64,000 nt of DNA, taken from positions 16,680,001-16,744,000 of the forward strand of contig CM052818.1 of NCBI GenBank assembly GCA_028534125.1. Direction: 5' to 3'. This document shows, one piece after another, positions 11,711 through 26,360 of the stretch (within the stretch, counting starts at the first letter, position 1; every line of letters starts with the position of its first letter). Source of the stretch: Lama glama. Lineage: Eukaryota. A model generated the notes under the pieces. That model made no database searches, was not told where the DNA came from, and saw only the letters and a program-made list of their open reading frames with translations. A program made the position numbers and the translations under genes.

Positions 11711-14310
11711 TAATATGTGCCTATTTATGTAATAAGGGAGTGAAAACATATATGATAAAATATATATAATGTTGATATCTAATTATATACTTTTGAACAA
11801 TGAAGAATAACCCTCCAATATAAAATAATAAAATAATGTAAAATATTGTAAGTTACATAAGAGGGGAGAATAGCTTGAAGGAATCAGAGATAGAAACCAG
11901 ACTTCACAGAAAATACTTTATACATTTGTTTAGAACCATGTAAATGCTTTATATAATTATAAGGAAAATTTAAATTCAAACAATAGCTTTTAAAAACCAA
12001 AGAAAAAAATTAACCGAGCAATGCATCAAGTTGGTGCCTTAACCACATAGAGAAAAGTCGTTATAAATGACTGTTAAAGATAGTAATTTGACGATGAATT
12101 CCTGGGAGGGGGGATATAGCATAAAAAACAAAAATAACTACACAATAAATTTCAAGCTATTTTCAGTAGTCAAATTTTAGTAATAATATCAGTATTGTTT
12201 TGAAATCATGTTATATATGTAAGAAAAGAGATGTATTTATAAATTAAAGATATTAAGTAAAACCTTATAACCTTAAATTCTTATATTTTAACTGGAAATA
12301 TCCGAGTAGCTCATGGCATGTTTCCCTTAAAAAACAAACAAACAAACAAAAAACCGAAACTTTACCTCTGTCCAGTGAATCATTTTAATTAGGAACTGAT
12401 CAACATACCACCTGTAACATCTATAGCACCCAGATTGTTGGCTTTAAGTAACATTTGTACTAAAAGAATATTGGCTTCTTGGAGAAATGGCTGATTCCAG
12501 GCCTAGGGAAGAAAATGTACAAATGAGCCTGCAAGATCTGATTATAATAGGAAGCAATAAAGTTATCAAATACTATTAAAGTTAGATCAAACAGATTTAG
12601 GAAGCAATTTGAAGAGACATCTACTGGATAAAAGTGAGACTTCGGAGAATATTCTAATAATAAAGCAAATGGACTAAAACATAGCAAACCTCTTAAGATC
12701 CATCAGTTCATAATAATATAAAATCCTCACTGATCACTGTACCAGTCATCTATTACCAATAGTCTTGTGAAATAAACCACCCAAAACTCAGTGGCTTAAG
12801 CAAAATTCATGGATTCTTGCTTATGTGTCTGTGGGGCTCCTAGAGGTCAGGTACTCTAGTTTGGGATTGCCTGGGCTTGGCTCCAAGTAGCAGATGGGGT
12901 CCAGATCTCCTCCGCATTTCTGCCATCCTCTTTGGGTCAGGAGCAGACAGATGAGACATGTTCTTCTCATGATAGTGACAGAAGGCAAGAAAGAAAGCAT
13001 AACCACAGAAGCACATGTCAAGCTGCTTATTTCTATTAGCTGAAGTAAGTCTCATGACTGAGCCCAAGGTCAAAAAAGAGAAGAACACGCTGCTTCTACT
13101 ACAATGAGCTGAAAAGTAATACAGCACGGATGTAGACACAGGTAGGATGAAGAATTAATGTCAATAATTTAATCTCCCACAGTCACGGGACCTTTCCTAG
13201 AGAACCACCTAATATTCTGAAATATCCATAAATAAAAACATAAACTTAGAAATATAAAAAAAAGTATATATATGCACACATATTTAAATATATCTATATA
13301 CATCTATATATGTTTATATAGATGTATATAGATATCTTGCTTCTCCAGTACAAACTGTACACCAAGATGTTCAGAGTTGATGGAAAATGTATTTTTTAAA
13401 CTAATAAATGAATACAGAATGATAAAATTAGAATATTGCCATTCTTGAATACTCCAGAATTAGAATATCATCATTCCTTACCTGTAATGAAATAACATGT
13501 TGGCCCATTATCATCATTGCCTGATAAAAATATACAGGAAGAGCTTATGGAGCAAGGAAACTAACAATACCAGAGTTGTCAGGAAGTAATTAAGAACCAA
13601 TCTAAATAGACTCCCACTAGCCAAAGATGACAAAATTCGAGCATCAATAAGCATAATAACCACATTGGATCAAAATTAATTAAAATATTTAAGTGCACGA
13701 GTTATAAAGATGTTGAATACAAACAAAATTCAAACAAGCGAAAATAAAACGTGAGTGACATCTGGATGATAGAAAGAAATCAACTCATTATTTTAAACAT
13801 AGGAAAATAAAGGAAACAGACATATGTCCAGCATTTCCTATATAAGCTGTAACTCACGGTAACCAAACAGTTGATAAGAGAAAGTTTCTCTTTATACAAG
13901 AATTTCATTTAACAAATTAACAAGGATTGAATGAATTAGAATATCACTATTTTACAACCCCTAACCAGTTAATAGATTTATGCAACAATCATCAATTCCT
14001 AACATTATCCAAATAAAGACAAACAGATATTATATATCTCTTAAATAAAATGCATAATGCCACCTAAAATGCATATTCCCCAAACCTGTAATTTCAATCT
14101 AGATCTCACCTCTAATTTATATGAGATGCAGGGGCAGTAGAAACATGTTACATTAAACAATGAGTTGCAATTTGCAAAACCCAGAGTGTAGGAATGTATA
14201 ATGCAGAAACTCCTCAAATAAAATTGTCCGTGAATTGATAATTGTTGGAAGTTGGGTGAAGGAACATGGAGGTTATTAGATCTATTTTTGCATTTATCTG
14301 AACTTGAATA
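11710..14310 (+). mobile_element. Old L1MC/ME-like 3'UTR fragments (patchy)
   Basis: A-rich degenerate sequence with L1MC-type motifs (ggcttcttggagaaatggctgattccagg, attagaatatcactattttacaacccc, tgataattgttggaagttgggtga). Confidence 0.55.
12738..13181 (-). mobile_element. MaLR solo LTR (MLT1-like)
   Basis: TG...CA termini, near-perfect 5-bp TSD (ATCAC/GTCAC), MLT1 motif aaccacccaaaactcagtggcttaagc. Confidence 0.8.
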
Positions 14311-15574
14311 ATATTTTTTTTTCTTTAAGTCAGGTTGGGCATTTTTTGAAAACTGTGTGGTTTAAACAGAGAGCAAGTCTAAGTTTGGGGTGCAGTGCCC
14401 AAATTCTCCTCTAAGCTGTCTGACTAGGGAACCAGAGTCACAGTGGCTAGTGGATATTTTCTAAGTCACTGAACTCGCCTCTGAGTACTAGTCAAAGTGT
14501 CACCAAATATCAGTGACACTCAGAAATTAATGACAAAACTAAAGTGGGTGCTAACTTGTAAAATCCAGAAGTCAATCTTTCATCCAGAGCAGTAAATAAA
14601 ATTCCTAGAATAGGAAATTGAACAATTATTCAAAAAATTACTTATGTGACCATATTCATGCATTAGGCTAAATATATTTCCTATGTGTCTGATAATCAAA
14701 CATCATAATTATCTTTAAATAACTTATGATGGTATGTCCTCATGAACAATTGAATATTTCATAAGAAGAAACTCTTGCTGATAAGAGATAGTCAATGAAT
14801 TGCCACCAGTACTTAAAGAAAATGAGATGGGGACATGGTGACTCTCTTCTGCTCTCATTTATATTCCTTTAGCGTTCGTGAAAGACTGGCATTAAATGAC
14901 ATCATTTACTTTGTGCCACAAGATTCTTGTGTGCTAGAACTATCTTCTTATTGCCTTTATATTGTTAAGCCCTTCCAAGGGAGTAACATAATAAGAATTT
15001 TAATAGTGCAAAGACAGTGTGACTCCAAACAAAATTGTGCAAGGTCTGCTATAAGAAATATTTATCAGTGTTTTTATTTCTTTAACTACAGAGACTAATT
15101 TGCAAATGGGACTTCTGTGTGGGTGTAATATTTAGCTGATTTCTCTAGACCTAAGTTTCACGGGGAAAGACATTACTTTTTGGATACATGACTTTGATAT
15201 AATGGTATTTATTGACTTGGATTATGATTTTTAACTGTGGGCAATATGCAGCTTTGGCATTAGAAAATTTGTTAAATATGTTGAATTTTATGTGAAGTCA
15301 ACTAATAAAATGTAACTCTTAATTCTAAGGAGATAAGGAGTGAAAGCACAAAGTTTAGGGAGATGGAAAGAGGGTGGGATACATAAAGACACCGAGATAC
15401 AGAAGGAAAGAAGGATGATATAGAGCACATAAATAGATACATGAATGGATGGGCTCCTTTACTGTCCACAGATGACAATATACTCATGGAATTTGTTGTC
15501 TTGTTTTGGTGAAGTTAGCCAAAATTTAAATACTCTTAGTTTTAGGAAAGAGATCAGTAAGTAACTGATACCAG

Positions 15575-16209
15575 TGATGCAGGAAAAAACAGATATGGGG
15601 TGTGAGGAGGGCGTGTCCCAGGCTTCTGTTGAGCCCCTGGGACGTGCCCCGCCAAGTGTGGGTCCTTGGCTTCACGCAGGAAAGAATTCAAGAGCAAGCC
15701 ACAGTTGAGTAAAGGTAGATTTATTCAGAGAGATACATTGAAAGGCAAGAGAAAGGCCACAAGGTGAGAGAGTTGGGAGCTCAGATTAGAGTAAAAGTTG
15801 GTACATACTCCATAGACAGAGTGCGGGCCATCTCCGATTGGGGAGAGAGAGAGACATGGTGGCGGTGCCATGTTGCCAGTTTTTATGGTCTTGGTAGCTT
15901 CATATGCTAATAAGTGGAAGGACTAGTCTAACTAGCCTGGGGAAGGGGCTGGGATTTCCAGGAAGTTGGCCATTTCCCACTCTTCGACCTTTTGTGGCTA
16001 GCCTTGGGACTGTCATGGTGCCTGTGGGCATGTTATTTACCATGATAATATATTACAATGGATATATAATGAAGCTTAAGATCTTCTAGAAGTCAAATCT
16101 CCCACCTCCCAAATCTCAAGGCCTACTGGGGGTTGAATCTTTCACCTTTTTGATGTTAATTGCTGTTATCATTCCTTGAATGGCTGTGCCCTGCCCCCTT
16201 CCTGTCTTA
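15575..16209 (-). mobile_element. ERV1-class solo LTR (635 bp)
   Basis: Starts TG, ends TA (decayed CA), 4-bp TSD CCAG (15571-15574, 16210-16213), minus-strand AATAAA at ~15720, motif gcaggaaagaattcaagagcaagcc, retained CpGs. Confidence 0.8.
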
Positions 16210-16659
16210 CCAGTACCACAAAAATTAAGAACATGTCCTTCCTGTAGCTCCTGTTAGGTTCATTTCTCGAGTTAGAGTGCTGTATATACAGCCAGGTGGA
16301 GTATTGGTCTGGCTCTGTATGTCAGTTCTCATGCCCATACAGGACACTTACGGCTATAGAGATATAACGTAAGAAATAAACTCCTCAGAAAAAGCATCAG
16401 AGAGAAATCTAAATTACAGGCTTTTTTTCAGCCTCAAATCTTGTTATTGATTATGCTATTCTATTACTTTGCTATTTATGAAATGGGGAAAAGCAGTCAT
16501 ATGTTCCTCTCCATTTGGAGGCTAGTTGGGAAATGGGCAGAGCTCCTTGGAAGACTTGATCATCCCACCAAATTACTATGCCAAGAACATATAAGATATA
16601 TATGCTGAGTGCAAACAGAATGATTAACATCCAATGGTACTCAAGGTTTAAGATACAGC

Positions 16660-16805
16660 AGAATTATATGGGGATGAAGATTATAAATACAGATTTCTGG
16701 GATCCGCTTTTAAAAAGTTCTAATTCACGAGATATTGGAGCAAGCCCAGGAATCTGTATTGTAGTGAAACAGCCCAGGTGATTTCCATATGTGTAGCTCC
16801 TAGAA
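16660..16805. mobile_element. MER5A-like DNA transposon relic
   Basis: aaatacagatttctggg...cccaggaatctgtatt...cccaggtgatttc. Confidence 0.6.
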
Positions 16806-17334
16806 CTTGATTATCATAAATGCTAATAAGCTGATCCAATATGAAAAGAGGTAGATGTTAGAAAACCTACATTTACTCTTCAAAAGATTATAAGAAAACG
16901 TTAATATTCTCATTGTAAGAATTTGTAGAGGTATTTATAAACATATAGACCTACATTATGTAATATATTCTTATTCAGGTATTAATTTCTTAAAATGGCA
17001 AAGTACTTGAAATGTACATTTTCCACAAGGTAAATGACATTAAATTCTAGACCAACTAAGCACAGCATTCACCAGTTATTGTCATTTCATCATACCAAAT
17101 GTATTCTAATTTAAAGTTCCAAATGCACAACTTAATAAGAGTCACATAGCAGTGAAAGCCCCATGAAAATGTAAAAAGATATAAAGATGCCAAGACTTCT
17201 TGGCAGGTTGGGGGGGGCATTGTTTCGAATATAACCAGGCAAAGCCTCTGGCTATTTTTTTTTTTTTTTGATCACATAGTTACCTGTAAGAACACTCCTC
17301 TGTAAGAAGAGATACATCAATATTGAATAGCTGT

Positions 17335-17467
17335 GCTCACAGCGGAAAAAAAAATGTGACAATGAATATATGTATGTCCATGTATAACTGAAAAATTGTG
17401 CTCTACACTGGAATTTGACACAACATTGTAAAATGACTATAACTCAATAAAAAATGTAAAAAAAAAA
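17335..17467 (+). mobile_element. Young, severely 5'-truncated L1 3' end with poly(A)
   Basis: Same family as 7265-7401; 16-bp TSD with 2 mismatches (AATATTGAATAGCTGT 17319-17334, AATAGTGAATAGCCGT 17468-17483). Confidence 0.88.
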
Positions 17468-17810
17468 AATAGTGAATAGCCGTTAAGAGTCTGGCCAAGT
17501 GTTTCTCCAAGCAGTATCCTCAGAAAATTTGCAAAAGAATCACTTGGTATTTATTATAAGGTTCAGATTCCTAGACTTTCCCCCTTACACATATGAATCA
17601 GAATCTGGTTGAAAGGGGGTGCCAGGATGATCATGGATATCTGTAAGTAAATAATGTCCAATTTTAGATTTCAAGATGCACAGCACAATGACGTTGTCAA
17701 ATCCTCTCCTTATTTACAACAGAGAGGAAAGAATAGTATGTAGCTTGAATTTCCACTGTATTTTCTGAAACTTTTACTTCTTTCAATAGTGACAAAAGAA
17801 AGCCTCCAGT

Positions 17811-18150
17811 GCAGGGCCAGGTTTAGGGTAAGGTGAATGTGGCACTTACCTTGGGTGTAAAAATTAAGGAGTATTTTAAGATTTTTTCTTTTTTAGAAAA
17901 GAAATAGGAGTAGGATACATATTTCTGCCAAGCCATATTAAGCCTGAAGTATACGTAATACTTAAAAAGAAGTTAAATAAGTAATGCTGATCCCTACACT
18001 TAAAATTTTTATTTTTTATTCATCATGGATAGTTTTGCATTAATTTTATCTTTTTTGAACAGTGCATTAAAATATTGTTTATTTTGATTACTGAGTTTTT
18101 CAGCGCTGCCCCAAGTTTTGCATGAGAGGCAAATTCCTCACCCTACTTTC
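17811..18150. mobile_element. MER96B-like hAT DNA transposon
   Basis: cagggccaggtttagggtaaggtgaatgtggcacttacc at the left; catcatggat...gcattaaaatatt...gattactgagttttt...cctcacccta at the right; ends are inverted-repeat related. Confidence 0.7.
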
Positions 18151-20569
18151 AGCTCTACTTCTATGCACTGTGCAGAATGGAGTTGCCCCAGTTATTTAAA
18201 ACATCCAAGCATGATAGGTTGTTTCCCTCCAGTTGCAATCCCCTGGGTAAGTATGTTTCTGCCCGGAGGTAGAGACAGTCATGCTCCCCAATTTAATCAG
18301 ATCCATTATGTAATGAAGCCAAATGAATTTATGCATTCTTAGACTGAGGTTGAAGTGAGAGTGCCCTAAAATGTATGGTTTGGTCAATAATTTTTAAAAT
18401 TAACTAATGTACTAAAAAGTGAAATAAAATGGTGAGGAGGATATGTAGGGGGAAAAAAAGTACTGAACTAGAATGCCTCTGTATCCAGGTCTGAGTATAA
18501 AGTAAAAATATTGAGTTGATTAAATTTTAGTTCTCAACAGCTAATAATGTCTTCCATGGTTCTATTTGCTGTTATTATTACATTTTGGATGCGAGAGTTT
18601 CTGTAAAGAAAATCCTTTTGAAGCCCCATGACCAAGAAGAAGAAACCCAAGCCAAGTATTTGATTGCCTATTAAGTACTTGTTGTGACAATAAACACACA
18701 GAAGCAGATTTTATCATACTGGCTCTTTTACTGTTGCAGAGTTTCACCATTGTCTTCATTAAAGTAAAACAGCTTGTTTAAAACCTACACATGGCAGGGA
18801 TCTTTTGAAGACTGTTTGTTCAAACATGGCATAGATTTGCAGTCTAAAAAGTAATAAGAAATCTAAACTATAAAGTTAGCCTTTTGAGTACAGTTAAAGG
18901 AGCCAAGGTTTGGTTAACTGAGGAAGTTGCAATTGTGATGACAATGCAATAGGTCCGTGAAAATTTCTTAAAAGCCTCCAGAAGAAAAAAGAACAAGTGT
19001 AGGTGAGTACAATGAGCAGTGGAGACCAACCTGTTGATAGAGATTATCTCTAGAAGTGCAATCCACATGCTTTTAACTTCCTATAAAAAATGTTCTTTGC
19101 TTGCTTTTTCTATAATGCGATTGTTTTGCCTACATACAAAGCGTTATACTAATGGTCACTTAAAAACATACTCATATCTGAATTTTTTGGGTTGGGACCT
19201 AAAGGAAAAAAAAATTTTTTTTCACTATAAGGATTATTAAGCCCTACATTGCATCCATTTTATATAGTAAAATTTTCAGAGATACTGAAAGTTGAAATAA
19301 ATACTTTTAAAAAGTGTTTATGTTATTGCCCTATACAGTGGTAGAGAATGAGCAGGAGGAGTACAGATGTCATTTCAGGCTTCATAGTTCTCTTGTTCAA
19401 AATGCTTTTCCAAAAAAAAAAAAAATTAAAAAGAGTACTACAGTAGTTCTTGATAATTCTGCTGGTTCCATTATATTACTGTTAGACAATATTTTGATCA
19501 TGAATTTCTATGGAAATTTTATATATACCACATATAGTTTTTCTAAATTTAAGAAAGTAGACATTTTATACCAAAACCTGGTTTATTTCAGCAAAATAAA
19601 TAAAGTTCTAGCACCTTTTTAAATATTTAAGGGTATGGAATTATTTCCTTTGCCTCAAGCCTTTTTGGCAATTTATTAAAGGAAAATTAAGGCAACTATT
19701 TATATTATGTTTTCACTTAGATTTTCCCCCAAACTTAACTATTAATTTTTTTTTTATTTTAAAGATTCTCTAGTAATGCCTCCTTTTATCCATTTGTTAA
19801 AAAAAATATTGACTGTGTACCTACCATGTGGCAGACACTATGAGATACTGAGGAGAGGCAAACAAGCTAGACATGATGACTCTCCTCAGGAAGAAAATGC
19901 TATAGTTTTGCCTCAGTTGCTCTGCAAAAAATTACCAAGTGGAACATTTCAAAATATCCTGTCCGTTACTTTGGACATGGTTATTCTAGAATCTCTCTGT
20001 CCTGGAGAGGATGGAACCTCTGCATCCTCCCTATCCTATCGAAGGCATTTACATTTTTATGGTTAGAATTCCCTGGATTACTCTGATGAATAGAGCAATG
20101 GAAAATAGGAAAATACCACTCACTCTTACTCAACTGAAAATGAATACTTTTTGAATAAAGCCCAGTGCTGATAACCATGATAATGTCATATAATAATTCT
20201 GTTTTGATGTTGGAGTCAAATACATTCATGACTTATACTTCGGAGGAAATAGTTCTATGTACCTAGGCATGCATTAATAATTTACACTTTGTGCAACAAT
20301 GCCTCATTTGCATGCTTTTAAAATGTTTAAAAAATTTCAAACATAAGCATGACTGTTTGCATGTGGGATTAATTTGCTGTTAGAAGAAATTCTGCATAAA
20401 GCTATCTAGCCCATGAGGAAAAAGCATTCTACCCTTTGTACCTACTGAATGAAGAATGAAGCCTTGATATGAATAATAGACATGTCTTAACATCTTTCCA
20501 AAAGTGTAGTTTACAAATCCTTCCCTTGATATGCCATGGTTTTCCTTTAATAATACAGAGAATGGACAC

Positions 20570-23500
20570 TCTTTGAGGTTCCATTTTCAATGAAGGTAGG
20601 ATGGTTTATATAGACTAACAGATCCACCAAGAACAACTAGAAAAAGCTTGAAAAAAGTTTACAAGCCTCGGAGAGCAACTGAGGCAGCCAAGAATTGATG
20701 GGCAATGATATCTAACAGAAGATAAGTGTATTTTGATTAGACTCAGTCTACTGTCCTCTTGCTTTCACAGAATTTACTTTAGTGAACGTCTAAGAAATAA
20801 AAAAAAAAAATGGTATTCTATAAAAAAAAAAATTACCAGGCACTTGACAAACAAAAGCAAATGATTTGAAAAAAAGAAAGTTAAAAAAAGGAGACAAAAA
20901 GTAAAATAAGTGATTCAAATATTAGTATTATCAGATACAGAATGTGAAATAATTGTGATTAATATGTTAAGAAAATAGATACGATAACAAATTTCATCAA
21001 AAGCTGAAACCTAAAAATAATCAATTAGAAATTCTTTAACTGTAAAAATACAACCACTTAACTAAAAAAACTTAAATGGTATTAGGTTCAAATCAGCAGA
21101 AGAAAAAGTTAGTAAATTAAATATTAAGCCAATATAAAATAACAAGACTAAAACATAGAAAGAAAGAAGAATAGAAAAGAGAAAGAAACATCACTCAAAA
21201 CACATAAAATGTGGTGAAATTATCTAACATTTGAAATTGCAGTTCAAACAAAAAAAGAGAGGAATGATTGGGATTAAGCATTATGTGATTAGATACTGGC
21301 CAGGAATTCTCCAGAATTATGAATGATATCAGGTCACAGATTTAAGACTCTAAGCAGGGAAGAGCACAAAGAAAACCACACTTTTGAACATACTAAAGTT
21401 GTCTAAAACCACATTAAAATTCTTAAAAATCACTACTATGAGGGTTAAAAAGACACATTACCTTAAAGGATCAGCAAGATGACATGACAACTGACATTTC
21501 AATATAATTTATGTAAGTCAAGAAATATTGGGATGATATTTTTTAATTACTGAAAGAATAAGTTTCCAAATAAGACTTTTTTTTAAATAAAAATATTATT
21601 TTTAAAATGAAAGCAAAATAAGTATACTGTGAAACAAAATCTGAGATTTTTACCGCAGTAAATTAAATAACAATGGACATTGTTTCATACAGAATAAAAT
21701 AAATCCAATGAAAACAAGTAAATGTAGGAAGGAATGAAGAGCTATGGAAAAAGTTAAGTATGTGGATGGTTATAAATAATGACCTAGATATAATAATAGT
21801 AATGTATTATAAGGATTATAATATAGAAATATAATACAAGACAACAGTAGCACAAATGGCAGAAAGGGGCAGGAGAGTAGTGTTCAAATTTCTCACATTG
21901 CTCTGGAAATAGTAATTGGTTTGGCTCTGATAAGTTATGTATGCAGGTGATAATCCTAGAAAGCAACTAAAAACTGCTAAAGGAAAAAAGTTAAAAACTA
22001 CAAATAACTGACTAATTCAGTATAATGAAAAAAGGAAAGGAAAAGTAAACATAGACTAGGTAGGACAATCACAAAAATAAACAGATAGTAGATTTATATC
22101 CAAATATATCAGGAATTACTTTAAGTGTAAATAGACAAAGAACTCCAAGTAAAAGACAAAGATTGTTAAATAGAATTTCAAAATGCAACCAAATGCAATT
22201 TATAGAGAAACATGTTATAGAGAAAAATACGAACATACAGAAAAGTTAAAGTAAAAAAAAAAGTTTAAAGGTAAGACCTTACAAAAACTAATCCAAAGAA
22301 AACTGGGTTAGCTACACTGATATCTGACAAAATAAACTTTAAGGCCAGCAGCAATACTAGAGATTAAAGGGGATATAGCATATTGATTCAAGCGTTCATC
22401 TACCAGGAATATTACTTTTTAACCAACCAAATATACATATATAATGACAAAATATATGTGTGTTTATTTACAACAAAAGATATAAAGAAATGTTTACAAA
22501 ATATAAAGAATATATAATATATGAATGACACAGTAAATAAACTTGATATAATTGACAGACATTGACAGACACTCATGCACAGCAATTGTGGAGCAAACGT
22601 TCTTTTCTAGCCTAAAAAATTAATATATATATAAGGTAAGTTTCAACAAATTTCAAAGGATTGATATAATAAAGAACATGAATTCTGAATGCATAATATT
22701 ATGAAAAAATCCTCCAATGTTTGAAAGTTGTTATACACTTCTAAGTATCTATGGATTAAAAAGGAAATCACAATTAGAAGTGGAAAAAATGTTTTTACCT
22801 GAATAATAATGAAATTTCTGCATATCAAAACTTGTGAAATGCAGCTAAAGTCATGCTTAAAGGAAAATATATAATCTTCAAAGAAAATATTAAAAAAGAA
22901 GAAAGAGTGATAGATAAAGTTACTGGTATCCATCTCAGGAACTTAGCCAGAAGTTAGAAAAAGAGTGGATTAAATACAAGAAAATAAGAAACAATTTTTG
23001 AAATCAGAAGTCAATTATATGAAAAACATATATACAATTAAAAAGTAAACAAAGATAAACATTGATTCTTCAGAAAGACAATTACAGCTGATAACTCCTT
23101 ATGATGAGTCATGAAGGTAAAAACAGAGAAGAGTAAGAATTACTAATACCAGGAAAATGGAGCATCTGTAAGGATCCTATATAAATGAGAAAAATATGAA
23201 GTCTTAGCTTAGCTGACCTCACTGGTGAATATTCTACCAATAAAAAACAATACTAGTATTACATAAATCCTTCCAGAGAATACAGAAAAAGGGGAATACT
23301 TCTTATTTTGTTTTATGTTCCTAAGTTACAGGCTATTCTCCTCCATGAATTTAGATGCAGAAATCCTATATAATGTATTACCAAACAAAATTAATGAAAG
23401 TAATAAGTATGAACAAGTAGAGCATATGACAGCAATTTAACAGTGGTTAACATTTGAAAATTAATCAGGGTTGTTAATCACATTAACAGAGAAAAGAAGA

Positions 23501-24980
23501 AAAATTATATGATTGTATCAAAAGATGTTGAAATAGTATTTGATGGAATTCAACAATATTAGTAGGTTGAGATTAGAAAAGAATTTACTTAATCTGATAA
23601 ATAAAATATATGTTAAAATGCAATAGGCATTATGTATAATGTTGAATTATTAAAAGCTACCAGATATTATATTTCATTATAAAGTTTCATTAATTGAAAC
23701 AACAAAGATAAACAAAGAGACCAGTGAAAAAAAATAATGCATAGACATACCCTCACACTTGATTTATTTCTGACAAAGATAACACTGGAGAAAAATGAGA
23801 ATATAATCGTCTTTTTCAATATCCACTTCTGAGTTAACTGGATATTTTTATCAAGAAAAAAATTAAACCCTGATGTAAAGTTGGTGTAAATGTGAAAGAT
23901 ACATATTTTTTGAAGCATAAAGTGTGTTGTTATAAGGTAACATAATAACTGAGGATAGGCAATTTTTTCTTAAAAAGGACACATAAAACAACCAAAAAAG
24001 AATTAATAAACTGGACTACATTAACATTTAAGTTTCCTGTTTATCGAAAGGAACCATGAAGTAGACACAAAGTCAAGCTTACCTCCAAAGGGTAAGATAT
24101 TTTAATATGCATAAATGTAAAAGAAGTCATATCCAGAATATTTAAAAATGCCTACAATTAGTTTTAAAGACAAGTAATCAAAAAGAAAAAATGGGTAAAA
24201 TACTTGAATAGGCTACTTTCCAAGAGGATATCCAAATGGCCAATAAACTGAGTAGGCCTGTAGTAAATATGAGTAGGTGCTCAGCATCCTTAATCGTCTG
24301 GGAAATAAAACCATAACGAGATAGCAGTAAGATCAACTAAAATATCTAAAATGAAAGTGATCAATAAGCAATTTTTTTGGCCAGACAGTGAGAAACTCTC
24401 ACATGCTACTTTTCAGAGTATGAATTGTAATAATAACTTTGGAAATCTATTTGGCATCAACTACAAAAGATAACTCATGATCTAGCAATGCAACACTTAA
24501 GCATGAACTCAATGGAGCTGTGTATATACTTGCATCAAATAACTGTATAAGAATGTTTCTAACATATTGTTAGTGAGTGCTAAATACTTAAAGTAGTCCA
24601 AATGTTTACCAACAGTTAGATAAATAAATATTACTATATTCATAAAACTGAATACAACATTGAAAAATGAGCAAATTACTGCCGCATGCATCAGCATGGA
24701 TAATCTCACAAACAATGTTGATGCAAAGAAGGACATACTGAATTTTATCATTCACATACATTGGAAGATGGCCAAAATTAGTTTGAGGGGTTAGAAATAA
24801 AGACAATGATTAGCTTTATGGAAGAAGGACTAGGAAATGGTTGAAAGGAATATGACTGTCATATTCTATTATTTACCTTGATGAAAGTCACACAGATGTG
24901 TTCACTATTTTGAAATTCGTCAAGATGTAGACTTAAGTTTTCTATATGGTATTATTCCATACTTCAATTAAAAAAAAGTT
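20570..24980 (+). mobile_element. Long, highly decayed ancient L1 (L1M/L1ME-type) with ORF1, ORF2 and 3'UTR remnants
   Basis: Strong A-rich strand bias and collinear L1 motifs (tatctgacaaaataaactttaaggc, tatcaaaacttgtgaaatgcagctaaag, gatgcagaaatcct, ggatatccaaatggccaataa, catggataatctcacaaac). Confidence 0.8.
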
Positions 24981-25239
24981 TAATCTTAAACTACTGCTGA
25001 TATTATATCACTGGAAAGCTACAATATTCCTTTTTCTTATCCCGATACCCTATCCAAGACCTATATATACCTAAAGTGCACTGAGATGTATGCATATGAG
25101 TATGGTATTCTTGCTTTCTCTATTGTGGCAATTGTTTTCTCCCTATTTTTAATCTCTTAAAAATTAAAGTATACTTTGGAACAGTAATTTTATATTACAT
25201 TTTTAATAGCTTTCTGTCTTTGAAAAGCACTGTAACAGA

Positions 25240-25560
25240 AGGGTACAGTGACAAGAATATGGGTTTTAGTCTTAGACACATCTGGTTGTCATTCCATCCA
25301 TAAGCAACCTGTGAGTTTGGGCATAAGGTAATTCCAATCTCTAAGCCATATCTTGTTGAAAGACAGACAGACAGACAGCAAGAGAGAGGGAGAGAGAGAT
25401 AGAGAGAAAGAGGTGAGAACTAGAATCAAAGTGAGGGTAAGTAAGTGAGGGAGGGAAAAAGCAAGAAAGAGAGAATGAATGAATGAATGTCTACTTCTCA
25501 AGGTCATTATATGGATTAAAGTAATACACATATAAAATCATCTAGCAAACTGCCTCTCAT
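25240..25560 (+). mobile_element. MIR SINE interrupted by GA/GACA-rich simple repeat (~25360-25490)
   Basis: MIR 5' and 3' motifs on either side of a purine-rich tract. Confidence 0.55.
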
Positions 25561-25609
25561 ACTAGTTTTCTCTGTTTATATATTTTCCCATCCTTTCTAT
25601 CATGTATAC

Positions 25610-25850
25610 TCTATTAGTTTCCTAGGGCTATCATAACAAATTACCATAAAGTAGGTGGCTTAAAAAAAACCACAAACTTGTTTTCTAACAGTTCAAGAGG
25701 CTAGAGATCTGAAATAAAAATGTGAGCAAAGTCAGTCCTTTCTTGAGACTCTAAGAAAAAGTCTGATCCATGCCTGTCTCAGAGCTTCTGGTGGTTGCTG
25801 GCATTCTTTGGCATTCCTTGGTTTGTAGCTGCATCACCCTGATTTCTTTG
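25610..25850 (-). mobile_element. MaLR LTR fragment (MLT1C/D-like)
   Basis: tattagtttcctagggctatcataacaaattaccataaagtaggtggcttaaaa...cttctggtggttgctggcattctttggcattccttgg. Confidence 0.8.
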
Positions 25851-26019
25851 TCTTTATATCTGTCTCCTCCTCCCAATCTTGATTGTATCTATTTATTCAC
25901 TTCATATTATTGGCTGGATTTAGAACATATAAATATGTATTTTGAAATGTTGAACTCAGACAAAAATAATACATGAGTGTGAGTTTGCATGTGTATGTGT
26001 GAACATGAGTGTGAAGCTG

Positions 26020-26360
26020 ATAAATTGGCAGCCCATGTGCCATTTCCAAGCAGCAAAGAAGTCTGTTTTGTCCTGCACAGTGTTGTTGTTGTGGAGGTTG
26101 TTATTATTACTTTTGACGATTTATGTTTTTAGAAGTCAATAGATTTTACATAATATTCCAGATTTCCAGACAGTTTTGAAACATCTCATGACCTGGCAAC
26201 ACTGGACCTACCTGACAACAACCTGCTAGAGCTGGGGAGTGGATGCCCCCTTTTGGAAAAGTAGGTGAGTTTTGGCGACAGTGCCAACCCATCCTTACTG
26301 TTTCCCCAGTTCGGTTTACATGGTTCCCTCCTCATTTATACCATATGCTGGACTTTCTTA
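26020..26360. mobile_element. MER102-like hAT-Charlie relic
   Basis: tccagatttccag...gacctggcaacactgg...gctagagctggggagtggatgccccc. Confidence 0.55.
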
